Position numbers and translations under genes: made by a program
Shown: piece after piece, positions 7,993-16,543 of the stretch
Position numbering within the stretch: position 1 is the first letter of the stretch
Layout of the letters: each line of letters opens with the position of its first letter
The notes under the pieces: model-generated
Database searches by the model: none
The model's input: only the letters and a program-made list of their open reading frames with translations
Told to the model about the DNA's origin: nothing
IMG/VR virus record: IMGVR_UViG_3300021135_000003
Length of the DNA stretch: 64,000 nt
Direction: 5' to 3' (one strand)
From: a virus

Positions 7993-8595
7993 ATGCGTAT
8001 ATACCGTATATACATACCAATAATATTATTATTCTTAAGCGTTATATTATTAACAAAAAATATGTTTTCTGATGCGATGTTGCTTGATGTAAGTTATAAC
8101 CAATTAACTAAAGAAACTCAACAACAAATCGATTGTCTTGCTGAAAATATTTACCATGAAGCTGGCTATGAATCCAGAGAAGGTAAAGAAGCAGTTGCGC
8201 TTGTTACACTTAATAGGACACAGGATCCTAGATTCCCAAAAGATATATGTGGGGTTGTTAAACAGAAAACAACTTCAGTTTGTCAGTTTTCTTGGTTTTG
8301 TCAAAATACTTCTATAAAAAATAAAGATGTATATGAAGACGCAAAAGAAGTAGCAGTTTATGTCTATGCTAATTATGAAAATTTAAAAGACATTACAAAA
8401 GGTGCATTATACTATCATGCAGATTATGTAAATCCAAAATGGAAACTCGAAAAGACTACTGTAATAGGTAGACATATTTTTTATAAAGAAAGTGGAAAAT
8501 ACTATGATGACAAAAATGAATCTGCAACTCAAGGAAGAACAATCAAAACATTCCTTTCTTCTTCTGATGGAGGAGATTACTCTAACCAGCGTTAA
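7993..8595 (+). CDS. Cell wall hydrolase, SleB/Hydrolase_2 family, N-terminal TM anchor
   Basis: CLAENIYHEAGYE, AVALVTLNR, FPKDICGVV, CQFSW, GALYYHADYVNPKW, IGRHIFY. Confidence 0.9.
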   Translation: MRIYRIYIPIILLFLSVILLTKNMFSDAMLLDVSYNQLTKETQQQIDCLAENIYHEAGYESREGKEAVALVTLNRTQDPRFPKDICGVVKQKTTSVCQFSWFCQNTSIKNKDVYEDAKEVAVYVYANYENLKDITKGALYYHADYVNPKWKLEKTTVIGRHIFYKESGKYYDDKNESATQGRTIKTFLSSSDGGDYSNQR

Positions 8596-9061
8596 GACTG
8601 CGGTTGAGTGGATCTTTGAAGCCAATTTTGCAGAAGAGCGTCCAGAATTACTTAATTTAATTATTACAAGTCCAGGTGGTGATTTGAATGCAGCATTTGC
8701 TTTGATCGACACTATGCGTGGTTCTGCTATTCCAATTCGAACAATTGGTCTTGGTCAGATTGCTTCAGCTGGACTTATGATTTTTATTGCTGGTGATAAG
8801 GGTCATCGTTTGTTGACACCAAATACTTCTATCTTGAGTCATCAATACTCATGGGGTGCATTTGGTAAAGAACATGAATTATTTGCCACTGTTAAAGAGT
8901 TTGACTTAACAACTAAGAAAATGATTAATCATTATAAAAAATGTACTGGTTTATCTGAAACAAAAATTAGAGAGGTATTGTTGCCACCTCAAGATATTTG
9001 GTTAAGCGCAACCGAATCAAAAAAATTAGGACTATGCGACGATGTTAAAGAACTTTCTTGA
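8504..9061 (+). CDS. clpP: ClpP-family protease proteolytic subunit
   Basis: ITSPGGD, catalytic Ser in GQIASAG, His in ILSHQ, Asp in QDIWLSA, LGLCD. Confidence 0.9.
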   Translation: MMTKMNLQLKEEQSKHSFLLLMEEITLTSVKTAVEWIFEANFAEERPELLNLIITSPGGDLNAAFALIDTMRGSAIPIRTIGLGQIASAGLMIFIAGDKGHRLLTPNTSILSHQYSWGAFGKEHELFATVKEFDLTTKKMINHYKKCTGLSETKIREVLLPPQDIWLSATESKKLGLCDDVKELS

Positions 9062-9230
9062 TTACGTAAGATTCTCTGGTATATGGGTAAGTTTTGCATT
9101 AAACCCATTCCACTGGAGATTATCTGGTTCATTTCATAAACCAACAGATACTGATCCTTCTATGTATGCAATTTATATTACCGTTGGTCCGCTGTCTGTT
9201 AGAACAGTATTGGATAACGGAACATGGTAA
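9042..9230 (+). CDS. Hypothetical protein
   Basis: 62-aa ORF tiling between clpP and next gene. Confidence 0.5.
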   Translation: MLKNFLDYVRFSGIWVSFALNPFHWRLSGSFHKPTDTDPSMYAIYITVGPLSVRTVLDNGTW

Positions 9231-9244
9231 AATTAAAGGAACTT

Positions 9245-9481
9245 ATGATTACAAACGATAAAGTGTTTATTATATCAATTCTTCTTGCAATTCTTGCATT
9301 AATTGGTAGTTATACTTACAATAAAAATGCAGAATTAAAATCAATGGAACGAAATATTGACTCTGCAATCGCAAAGGGAATTGATCCTCTTGCAGTTCGT
9401 TGCGCCTATGGTGATTCAAGCTGGATTTGTATGCAATATGCTTCAGGACATGGTAGAGAGTCAAATATCTCTAAAAAATAG
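9245..9481 (+). CDS. Small membrane-anchored protein
   Basis: SD AAGGA before ATG 9245; N-terminal TM; GIDPLAVRCAY. Confidence 0.6.
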   Translation: MITNDKVFIISILLAILALIGSYTYNKNAELKSMERNIDSAIAKGIDPLAVRCAYGDSSWICMQYASGHGRESNISKK

Positions 9482-9492
9482 TCAAAAATCGC

Positions 9493-9521
9493 TTTACTTT
9501 AATTAAAAAGTAGGGTATAAT
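9493..9521 (+). promoter_or_regulatory. Sigma70-type promoter
   Basis: TTTACT-17 nt-TATAAT. Confidence 0.7.
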
Positions 9522-9555
9522 ATATACTGTGATTAACTATTTTGATGACTATATT

Positions 9556-9900
9556 ATGCAAATGATTTTTACATCCCCTGGAAAGTCTAAAAAGAAAAAA
9601 CCCAATGCAAAACAACGTGAGTTACGAGATAGTTGGGAACAGTTGTTAAAGAAGTATACCACAAAGACTGTTGCTCCCAAAAAGCAACAACTCAGTGATG
9701 TATACTCACTTGGAAAACCTGCTTGTCGTGAGACACCTAAGATTCCGAGTCTTCCTTTTACTGGTGGTCCATGTGTTAAAAAAGAAGCTCCAGTTTATAC
9801 AGGAAGTTTGATCAAAGGTATTGGTACTATGCATAAGTCAAATGCAGTTCCAATTTTTAGCGATCAAGAAGCAAAAGATATTGCAACAATGCGTAGGTAA
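9556..9900 (+). CDS. Conserved T4-like hypothetical basic protein
   Basis: C-terminal YTGSLIKGIGTMHKSNAVP...IATMRR motif; start uncertain (9529 GTG or 9556 ATG). Confidence 0.65.
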   Translation: MQMIFTSPGKSKKKKPNAKQRELRDSWEQLLKKYTTKTVAPKKQQLSDVYSLGKPACRETPKIPSLPFTGGPCVKKEAPVYTGSLIKGIGTMHKSNAVPIFSDQEAKDIATMRR

Positions 9901-9902
9901 AC

Positions 9903-9931
9903 TTGACTTTTATGAAGAACTAAGGTATAAT
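9903..9931 (+). promoter_or_regulatory. Sigma70-type promoter giving a likely leaderless mRNA
   Basis: TTGACT-17 nt-TATAAT, ATG at 9938. Confidence 0.75.
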
Positions 9932-9937
9932 TATATA

Positions 9938-10150
9938 ATGGATTACAAAACTAAACGACAAGAACTTCTAATTCAGAAGATGAAATTAGATAAGTTCTTT
10001 ACGATGTATTTGGATAAATTTGATCGCCAGATGGATCCAGAACGAACTGATACCCCTATTTGGAAATTATATAAACAGAAATCTGCTGACTATAATAAAG
10101 TTTGCCAAGAAATTCGCAACACTGAATACTGGATTAAAAAACATGTTTAA
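9938..10150 (+). CDS. Hypothetical protein
   Basis: 70-aa ORF directly after promoter, overlapping gp33 start. Confidence 0.6.
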   Translation: MDYKTKRQELLIQKMKLDKFFTMYLDKFDRQMDPERTDTPIWKLYKQKSADYNKVCQEIRNTEYWIKKHV

Positions 10151-10358
10151 ATCTTCAAACGATTTTTCGCTCCATATTGAACAGATTGTTCGTGATAAAA
10201 AGATATCTTACATGGATGCTGTTCTTCAATATTGTAAAGAAAACTTTATTGAACCAGAAGATGTCGCAAAACTTGTAAATAAATCTCTTAAGGATAAACT
10301 TGAGGTAAATTTTCAAGATGAAAACTATTTACCTAAAAGAGCAAAACTGGACGTGTGA
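10143..10358 (+). CDS. gp33: Late-transcription coactivator gp33
   Basis: FSLHIEQIV...SYMDAVLQYCKENFIEPEDVAKLVNKSLKDKL; position before gp59-gp32. Confidence 0.88.
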   Translation: MFKSSNDFSLHIEQIVRDKKISYMDAVLQYCKENFIEPEDVAKLVNKSLKDKLEVNFQDENYLPKRAKLDV

Positions 10359-10966
10359 TGGATGGCTTTAAAGCATATCGTTACTATCTCGCATTAAAGT
10401 TACACTTTACCTCTGAGAAATTTAACGTCTTCGAAAACCGAGGAAATGTTAAAGGTTCACGTGAAGCATTTAATGCTCGGAATGATAGATATATTTTTGA
10501 GAAATTAGCAAGGAAGTTTGGAAACGATCGCGATATTATTCAGTTCTTTGTTGCGAATTTTGCTTATGGTAATGAGTCTGCAATTTATGCAGGTCAAGAA
10601 GCAGATGATAATCTAGCTGAATGGAATAAAAGAAAACAGAGTATTACTAAGATTTTTATTGACGACCTTGCGTCTTTATTGACATATGTTGAGATAAATA
10701 AATTACCAACTTCTAGTATTTTTGATTTTAATTTTAATGAATACCCAGCTGCATTAAAGTTATGGCTCGGTGGTAAAATTTCAATTGAAACCCTTGTGAT
10801 TGTAAATGAACTAGATCATATTATTGAACATTGGCTTGATAATACTTCTGTCCAATATATATGGAGTAGTGAATTATTACGAATAAAGAAGTTGACTGGT
10901 TTTATTAAATATGATAAAGAAAAACTACGTAAAATATTTACACATTTTGTTGAAGAACTAGATTAA
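10358..10966 (+). CDS. gp59: Helicase loader gp59
   Basis: AYRYYLALKLHFT, FNARNDRYIFEKLARK, ISIETL. Confidence 0.9.
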   Translation: MDGFKAYRYYLALKLHFTSEKFNVFENRGNVKGSREAFNARNDRYIFEKLARKFGNDRDIIQFFVANFAYGNESAIYAGQEADDNLAEWNKRKQSITKIFIDDLASLLTYVEINKLPTSSIFDFNFNEYPAALKLWLGGKISIETLVIVNELDHIIEHWLDNTSVQYIWSSELLRIKKLTGFIKYDKEKLRKIFTHFVEELD

Positions 10967-10967
10967 T

Positions 10968-11189
10968 ATGGGTCGCACATATCATAAATCATCAAAGAGT
11001 TTTGATGATACAGAATTTGGTGGTCGTTCGGGAAAGCATGCCAAACATTCTAACGGTAAAAAAACTGGCGGAATGAGAACGATAAATAACTATGTTGAAG
11101 AAGATTATGACATCAACGATGAAGACTTCGATGATGATGTTGAGTTAGATGATGAAATTTCAATACAACATAATACTAATACAAAGTAA
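10968..11189 (+). CDS. Small hypothetical protein (basic N-term, acidic C-term)
   Basis: 73-aa ORF between gp59 and gp32. Confidence 0.55.
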   Translation: MGRTYHKSSKSFDDTEFGGRSGKHAKHSNGKKTGGMRTINNYVEEDYDINDEDFDDDVELDDEISIQHNTNTK

Positions 11190-11213
11190 TATTTTAATAC
11201 AAAGGAAAATACG

Positions 11214-12131
11214 ATGGATATTCAAACACTCCGTAAAATGCGCAATCAAGACTTCAGCAAAATTGCTGGTGAATTTGATAAAATTTCTAACCCACAAAGT
11301 GGCGAAAAGAAGTCTTATGACGACAATCGCTTCTGGCGTCTAGAAGGCGATAAAGCTGGTAACGGAACAGCAACTCTCCGATTCCTACCACGTGTTGAAG
11401 GCGATGAACTCCCATGGGTTCGCATGTTTAATCACGGCTTCCAAGGTCCAACTGGAAAATGGTATATCGAAAACTCCCTAACAACTCTTGGTGAAAATGA
11501 TCCAGTCGGTGAATTGAACACTATGCTTTGGAACTCAGGTTCTGATGCTAACAAAGAGATCGCTCGTAAACAAAAGCGTAAGTTGTCTTTCACTGCTAAC
11601 GTACTCGTTGTGTCTGACCCAAAGCACCCAGAGAACGAAGGTAAAGTATTCTTGTTTAAGTTTGGTAAGAAAATCTTTGATAAGATTATGGACAAGGCTC
11701 GTCCAACTTTTGAAGATGAGAAGCCAGTGAATGTATTCGATTTGTGGGAAGGTGCTAACTTTAAATTGCGCATGCGCAAGAAAGATGGTTACGCCAACTA
11801 CGATGAGTCAGTATTTTCTGAACCATGTCCTGCTGCTGATTCTGATGAGGAATTGGTTCGTATCGTTAATGCTCAGTACAAGTTGTCTGAGTTTACTGAT
11901 CGTAGCAACTTTAAGTCTTATGATGAATTAAAGAAGAAACTTGATGCAGTTCTTTCTGGTGATACTTTTGCAGGTAAGTCTGCTGCTCAAATGTCTGAGG
12001 AAGATCGTCCAGTTGCTGCGGCACCAACCTTTGCTTCTAAGGCAGCACCAGCACCAAAAGCTGTAGCTGTAGCTGAAGATGATGACGAAGATGTAATGTC
12101 TTACTTTAAGAAAATTGCTGCTGAAGAATAA
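11214..12131 (+). CDS. gp32: Single-stranded DNA-binding protein gp32
   Basis: DKAGNGTATLRFLP, HGFQGPTGKWYIENSLTT, FDLWEGANFKL, acidic C-tail. Confidence 0.96.
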   Translation: MDIQTLRKMRNQDFSKIAGEFDKISNPQSGEKKSYDDNRFWRLEGDKAGNGTATLRFLPRVEGDELPWVRMFNHGFQGPTGKWYIENSLTTLGENDPVGELNTMLWNSGSDANKEIARKQKRKLSFTANVLVVSDPKHPENEGKVFLFKFGKKIFDKIMDKARPTFEDEKPVNVFDLWEGANFKLRMRKKDGYANYDESVFSEPCPAADSDEELVRIVNAQYKLSEFTDRSNFKSYDELKKKLDAVLSGDTFAGKSAAQMSEEDRPVAAAPTFASKAAPAPKAVAVAEDDDEDVMSYFKKIAAEE

Positions 12132-12146
12132 TTTAGTAGTTGTTGA

Positions 12147-12171
12147 AAAGGGCACTTCGGTGCCCTTTTTT
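12147..12171. terminator. Bidirectional intrinsic terminator
   Basis: AAAAGGGCAC-TTCG-GTGCCCTTTT between convergent genes. Confidence 0.9.
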
Positions 12172-13810
12172 ATGCGTATTTTGTAGCGATATACCTACTT
12201 TGAGATGACTCTTGGTTCCTAATTGGAGATTTAATAACCTGATTAGTAGTATTGTTCGTAGTTTGCGGAGCATTGACTACATTAGTCTTGTTACTTGCAA
12301 CTGGAGCACCAGATAATGCCGCATTATCAGCAGATTTTTGTTCAACTGTAGTAGCACTTGTTGGCGTAGCTGCTTCTGGTGTACTACCTTTTGCTTTAGC
12401 AGGTTCAGCATCTTTAAATGGATAGAACGGACCAACGCTAACTTTACCTGTTAATTTTGTATCTAATAAAGTAATTTCTGGAATACCTATCTTAGATAAC
12501 ATACCCATGAAAGCATCCTTCATTGATGTGAAGAATTCTGTTACTGGCTTAATGATATGGTCTTCAGTCCATGCTGCCATATCGCCAATAACTTCTTTGA
12601 TTTTATCTTTATCAAATAATCCAAAAGTTAAGAAATCAATTATACCAGCAAGACCAGCGATAAGTGCTTTACCGATATCGCCTGTCTTTTGGAACTCCTC
12701 AAACCCATCCATAATACCTTCAAATAACGCACCAACAATCATACCAATTGCAAATACTTTACCTAGTGCTTTAAGGATTGCTCCTGGATTTAATAATGCT
12801 TTAAATGCTTGCATTAAACCACCAGAGAGCATACTGAATAACGAATCTAATAAACCACCACCTTCTGGTTTCTTTTCATCTGGTTTAGCACCTTTAGATT
12901 TATCTGCGCCTCCAGTATTCTCAGCAATAATTTTTAAATAATGGAGTTCGTCATCCTCCATTTTTTTACTTTCTTCAACTGCTTCTGCGTTTTGAGTAGC
13001 TTCAGCAGCAGTTGCTGTTGGAGTTTTTTGAGGAGCACTAACCTTATCAAAATTAATATTTCTTTCAGTTGGATCTGGAGTTACTGCTTTTGCACTTTTA
13101 TCATAAGAACGGTATTGGTTAGTTAGCTGTTCTTTTTTATTAAGCATCTCTTTACCAGTTTTAGATGCTCCAAATTCTTCGTCGCTAATACCATGTTTAG
13201 CTTTAAGAGCAGAAATTTTCTGATCATGAGCTTTTATTTGTTTAGAAGTATTATATGCACCTTCAGCATCTTCATCAGTAACATCATTACCAAGTGCTTT
13301 TTGTTTCTGTTTAAACGCATCTTTGGCCAGAGTTTTATTAAAAACACCACCAACATTTAATGCCCCAAGAACTGTTTTCTTTAAACCACCATTAGCAATA
13401 CCAAACTTTTCTTTAACCCCCTCTTTCTTTTGAGTTAAAGAGTCACCAAGTTTTTGTAGAAAATTACCACTAGTATTCATCGCCTTTGCTAACTCAGCAA
13501 TCTTATCAGATTCTTGATAAGCAATCCTGTCCATTTCTTCTCTAGTTTTCCAAAATGTTTTGCTACCTTTTAACTGTTGTTTTGCGGTATCTAGAATTTG
13601 TTCTTGGATTTTGGAAACATCAATACCACCATTAGCATTTTTCTGAATTTTCTCACGGTCTTTAGATAGTTCCATCAGCTTTCTAATTGAAGATAGTTCA
13701 CCAAGAGAAGCCTGTTGTGCTGCCAGTAGATTATCTAATCCCTCAGCATTAGACTGTGTCTGTTGTCTGATACTAGAATTTACTGAACTGTTACCTGTGC
13801 GTTTTGCCAT
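12170..13810 (-). CDS. gp29-like baseplate hub / tape-measure protein
   Basis: 546 aa, helical K/E/A-rich with Gly-rich hydrophobic segment; downstream of gp26/gp51. Confidence 0.6.
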   Translation of the reverse strand: MAKRTGNSSVNSSIRQQTQSNAEGLDNLLAAQQASLGELSSIRKLMELSKDREKIQKNANGGIDVSKIQEQILDTAKQQLKGSKTFWKTREEMDRIAYQESDKIAELAKAMNTSGNFLQKLGDSLTQKKEGVKEKFGIANGGLKKTVLGALNVGGVFNKTLAKDAFKQKQKALGNDVTDEDAEGAYNTSKQIKAHDQKISALKAKHGISDEEFGASKTGKEMLNKKEQLTNQYRSYDKSAKAVTPDPTERNINFDKVSAPQKTPTATAAEATQNAEAVEESKKMEDDELHYLKIIAENTGGADKSKGAKPDEKKPEGGGLLDSLFSMLSGGLMQAFKALLNPGAILKALGKVFAIGMIVGALFEGIMDGFEEFQKTGDIGKALIAGLAGIIDFLTFGLFDKDKIKEVIGDMAAWTEDHIIKPVTEFFTSMKDAFMGMLSKIGIPEITLLDTKLTGKVSVGPFYPFKDAEPAKAKGSTPEAATPTSATTVEQKSADNAALSGAPVASNKTNVVNAPQTTNNTTNQVIKSPIRNQESSQSRYIATKYA

Positions 13811-13816
13811 TTTAGT

Positions 13817-13960
13817 TTATCTCTTGTTTGTTTCTATTCTTTGTTTTTCTTCTTCTAAATACTGTATTAACATAGCAACGTAAACTTCTCTTTCAAAAGG
13901 AATCATATTTTCAATCTCTGCTAGAGAGTATTTGTGGTACTGCATCAAAGCGAAATTCAT
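13817..13960 (-). CDS. gp51: gp51-like baseplate hub assembly protein (possibly expressed as -1 frameshift fusion to gp26)
   Basis: MNFALMQYHKYSLAEIENMIPFEREVYVAMLIQYLEEEK; frame open upstream to the gp26 poly-U tract; absent from ORF track. Confidence 0.85.
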   Translation of the reverse strand: MNFALMQYHKYSLAEIENMIPFEREVYVAMLIQYLEEEKQRIETNKR

Positions 13961-13998
13961 TTTATAATAATTCGCTAGACTTTCATGGCAGAGATTAA

Positions 13999-14721
13999 TT
14001 AAAAAAAACTTTGCATTCCCTCCAAGGTTTTAATATGATGTTTGCCACATATTGGACAGTCGTATTCAACATCTTTTTTAATCCTTGGTATAGTTGAAAA
14101 GAATTCTTGGACTTTTATAAATTGCTCAGAATTTAGATTACCCAAGAATTCAATTAGATCTTCTTTCTTTTGTTCTTTAGCGTAGTGTAGTTTATCGCCT
14201 TCGTAAATATAATTTACACACTCAGCTATAATATTAAAAATATTATCTAGATCATCAGTATCAGTTTTTTCTAACTTACTCATAATTTCAATTGTTGGAT
14301 ATTTCATTACAATACCAACATCACCAAATAAATCTATTTTTGCATTATGATTTTCTGGAGTTTCAACAGAAATTTTAGTTAAATCAATTGAGATCTTTAC
14401 CTTGGCTTTATCGTTTTGATCCCCATGGTCATTATCACACGGAAATAATAGTTCAACAGTTTCACCAACAGATTTTGCTCGAATTTGAGTAAAGATATAC
14501 TCAAGATCAAATGTAGCTAAATCATTTGGATCAATTTTATCTAAAATACAAGATCTGATTACACTCTTAAGCGTATCTACCATAATAACAGTATCTTCAC
14601 TTTGTTGCGCAATTAAAATTGCCTTTTCTTCTTTTACTAAAAACGGACGATACTTAACACTTTTTTTAGTAGAAGGTATCACCAAATTATAAATTGGTGT
14701 ACTCATTACTGGCAATGCCAT
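13999..14721 (-). CDS. gp26: gp26-like baseplate hub subunit/assembly chaperone
   Basis: MALP...YRPFLVKEEK, DLEYIFTQIRAKSVGE, MKYP, CPICG...LEGMQSFF. Confidence 0.9.
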   Translation of the reverse strand: MALPVMSTPIYNLVIPSTKKSVKYRPFLVKEEKAILIAQQSEDTVIMVDTLKSVIRSCILDKIDPNDLATFDLEYIFTQIRAKSVGETVELLFPCDNDHGDQNDKAKVKISIDLTKISVETPENHNAKIDLFGDVGIVMKYPTIEIMSKLEKTDTDDLDNIFNIIAECVNYIYEGDKLHYAKEQKKEDLIEFLGNLNSEQFIKVQEFFSTIPRIKKDVEYDCPICGKHHIKTLEGMQSFF

Positions 14722-14723
14722 AA

Positions 14724-15146
14724 TTATTCTCCTTTAGACATATTCTTAATTAACTTATTCAACTCAGCAGTGCTACCAACAAAGATAGCATTATTCGTTA
14801 CTTTATCAGCACCTTTCTTTGGTGCATCTAATTTTTGTTTTTGCTGATGTATATCTAATAGTTGTTGGTTTACATCAGCCAATTGTTTCATAAGATTACC
14901 CACAACCTCAAAAGCACGTGGATGTTCAGATTGTTTAGCTACTTCAAGAGCAGAATATAAAGCATTCTGTCCAGTAATAAGAAGCTCGCGCAGATTTGCT
15001 CTAGTAGTTTCGTAGTCGGTTTCAATTTTACTTTCTGGTGTTTGTAGAATTTCACCAGTAGTATTATCAATCACTTCGCTTACCTCACATTTAGATTTTG
15101 GAGGTGTCATATTAAACACCTCTGATAATGTATCATCAATTTTCAT
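14724..15146 (-). CDS. gp16: Terminase small subunit gp16
   Basis: DYETTRANL, SEHPRAFEV, NNAIFVGSTAELNKL. Confidence 0.88.
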   Translation of the reverse strand: MKIDDTLSEVFNMTPPKSKCEVSEVIDNTTGEILQTPESKIETDYETTRANLRELLITGQNALYSALEVAKQSEHPRAFEVVGNLMKQLADVNQQLLDIHQQKQKLDAPKKGADKVTNNAIFVGSTAELNKLIKNMSKGE

Positions 15147-15148
15147 AT

Positions 15149-15838
15149 TTATAGATCGTTTCTAGTATTTCTTGTTTGTGGGTCACTGGGGTGTAAAACA
15201 GGGGTTACTGCTGCTGGCGCTGGAGTTGTTGTAGGTGCGCTTCCAAAACTACCTGCGCCTGTTGCTGCTGGACTACCAAACCCACCTGCGCCTGCTGCTG
15301 GCGCTGGACTTGGTGAACTACCGAAACCACCCCCACCGAATCCTCCTGGCGTAGATGCGCCAAATGCTGGAGTGCTGCCCATTGATGAACCACCGAATCC
15401 GCCATTTCCTGCTCCTCCGAAACCACCTGTTGATCCACCAAATCCTCCAGCACCACCCATTCCTGTATTTCCACCAAATCCTCCAGCACCACCCATACCA
15501 CCTTGCATCCCGCTAGGAACACCTGACATATTTGTATTGTTTGTCATAGTTTGTGAAGTAGCTGTTGGATTTGCCGCAGTACCTGCTAATTTTTCTTGTG
15601 TGCGACCAAACGCACTAATACCTAAAACTGCTCCCATTGCTATATGAAATAAACCAGCACCCTGGAGAGTTAATGGATTCCATTGAATTAATGGTTGGTG
15701 ATTTAATGTTTGAACAACTGCCCAAAGAATTGGAAATATGCCCATGTCTAATAGACATATCAACATATACATCCAGCCCATAGCTGGACGCCATTTCTTT
15801 TGCATCCAATCTTCGTCTTTTTCCTTTTTCTCTGCCAT
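15149..15838 (-). CDS. Holin-like membrane protein (GTA 3TM-holin-like) with Gly-rich C-terminal tail
   Basis: WRPAMGWMY...WNPLTLQGAGLFHIAMGAVLGISAFGRTQEK followed by GGFGG repeats. Confidence 0.6.
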   Translation of the reverse strand: MAEKKEKDEDWMQKKWRPAMGWMYMLICLLDMGIFPILWAVVQTLNHQPLIQWNPLTLQGAGLFHIAMGAVLGISAFGRTQEKLAGTAANPTATSQTMTNNTNMSGVPSGMQGGMGGAGGFGGNTGMGGAGGFGGSTGGFGGAGNGGFGGSSMGSTPAFGASTPGGFGGGGFGSSPSPAPAAGAGGFGSPAATGAGSFGSAPTTTPAPAAVTPVLHPSDPQTRNTRNDL

Positions 15839-15847
15839 TTTAATTCC

Positions 15848-16543
15848 TTAAAACTTTATTGATGGTAAATTTTTAGTTAATGACGGTATTTTAGAAACAC
15901 CATATGCACCGATAGAACCGATAGCAAAATTTTGTAATCTATTTGTTAGAACATTTAATGGGTCATGACTGAGATCATTTACTCCTGGATATCCAATAAC
16001 ATCTTGTTGTTGAAGACCTTCTAATGCTCCGACGTGATAATATTTGTAGGCAAAATTAACAGATAACTTCATAACATCTTTGGCATTATAATCCATCTGA
16101 ACTGCACCAATACTTTTTGGAAATGCTTCAAACATTTTCATATTATATCTTGTTTGATTTTGTAAATCCTGAACTTCAATAACAATATCTGAAGTATAAT
16201 TCTCATAATAATTAAAATTACGAGAAACTGGATTTTGAATATGTTCCATCCAAAAATCAAAAAATAATTTTACAGACATATCAGTATCAACATAAAACGA
16301 CATATTAATGTCTTCATATAATCTTTCATATGGTGCTTTTCTAATTTCGCCATATGTTCTCATATCAGTTGTATTAAAATTTGTTCCAGGCAACTGGATT
16401 TGGTCACAAAATAATACTGTATTCTTTGTTAATGCTGATTCTGCCCATGGTGTATTTCCAAACATTACCGCATATCGGTTTGTTCTAGAAAGACCATTAG
16501 CTTTAATTGAAGAAATAAAATCGTTTATTGGAGAGTTTGCCAT
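15848..16543 (-). CDS. gp54: Baseplate-tail tube initiator gp54-like
   Basis: GLSRTNRY, CDQIQLPG, EAFPKSIGAVQMDY...LSVNFAY (tail-tube fold). Confidence 0.75.
   Translation of the reverse strand: MANSPINDFISSIKANGLSRTNRYAVMFGNTPWAESALTKNTVLFCDQIQLPGTNFNTTDMRTYGEIRKAPYERLYEDINMSFYVDTDMSVKLFFDFWMEHIQNPVSRNFNYYENYTSDIVIEVQDLQNQTRYNMKMFEAFPKSIGAVQMDYNAKDVMKLSVNFAYKYYHVGALEGLQQQDVIGYPGVNDLSHDPLNVLTNRLQNFAIGSIGAYGVSKIPSLTKNLPSIKF

Noticed and set aside
11214-12131. gp32 lacking the T4 zinc-binding cysteines
   Set aside because: Zinc-free gp32 is common in aquatic T4-like phages; not unusual
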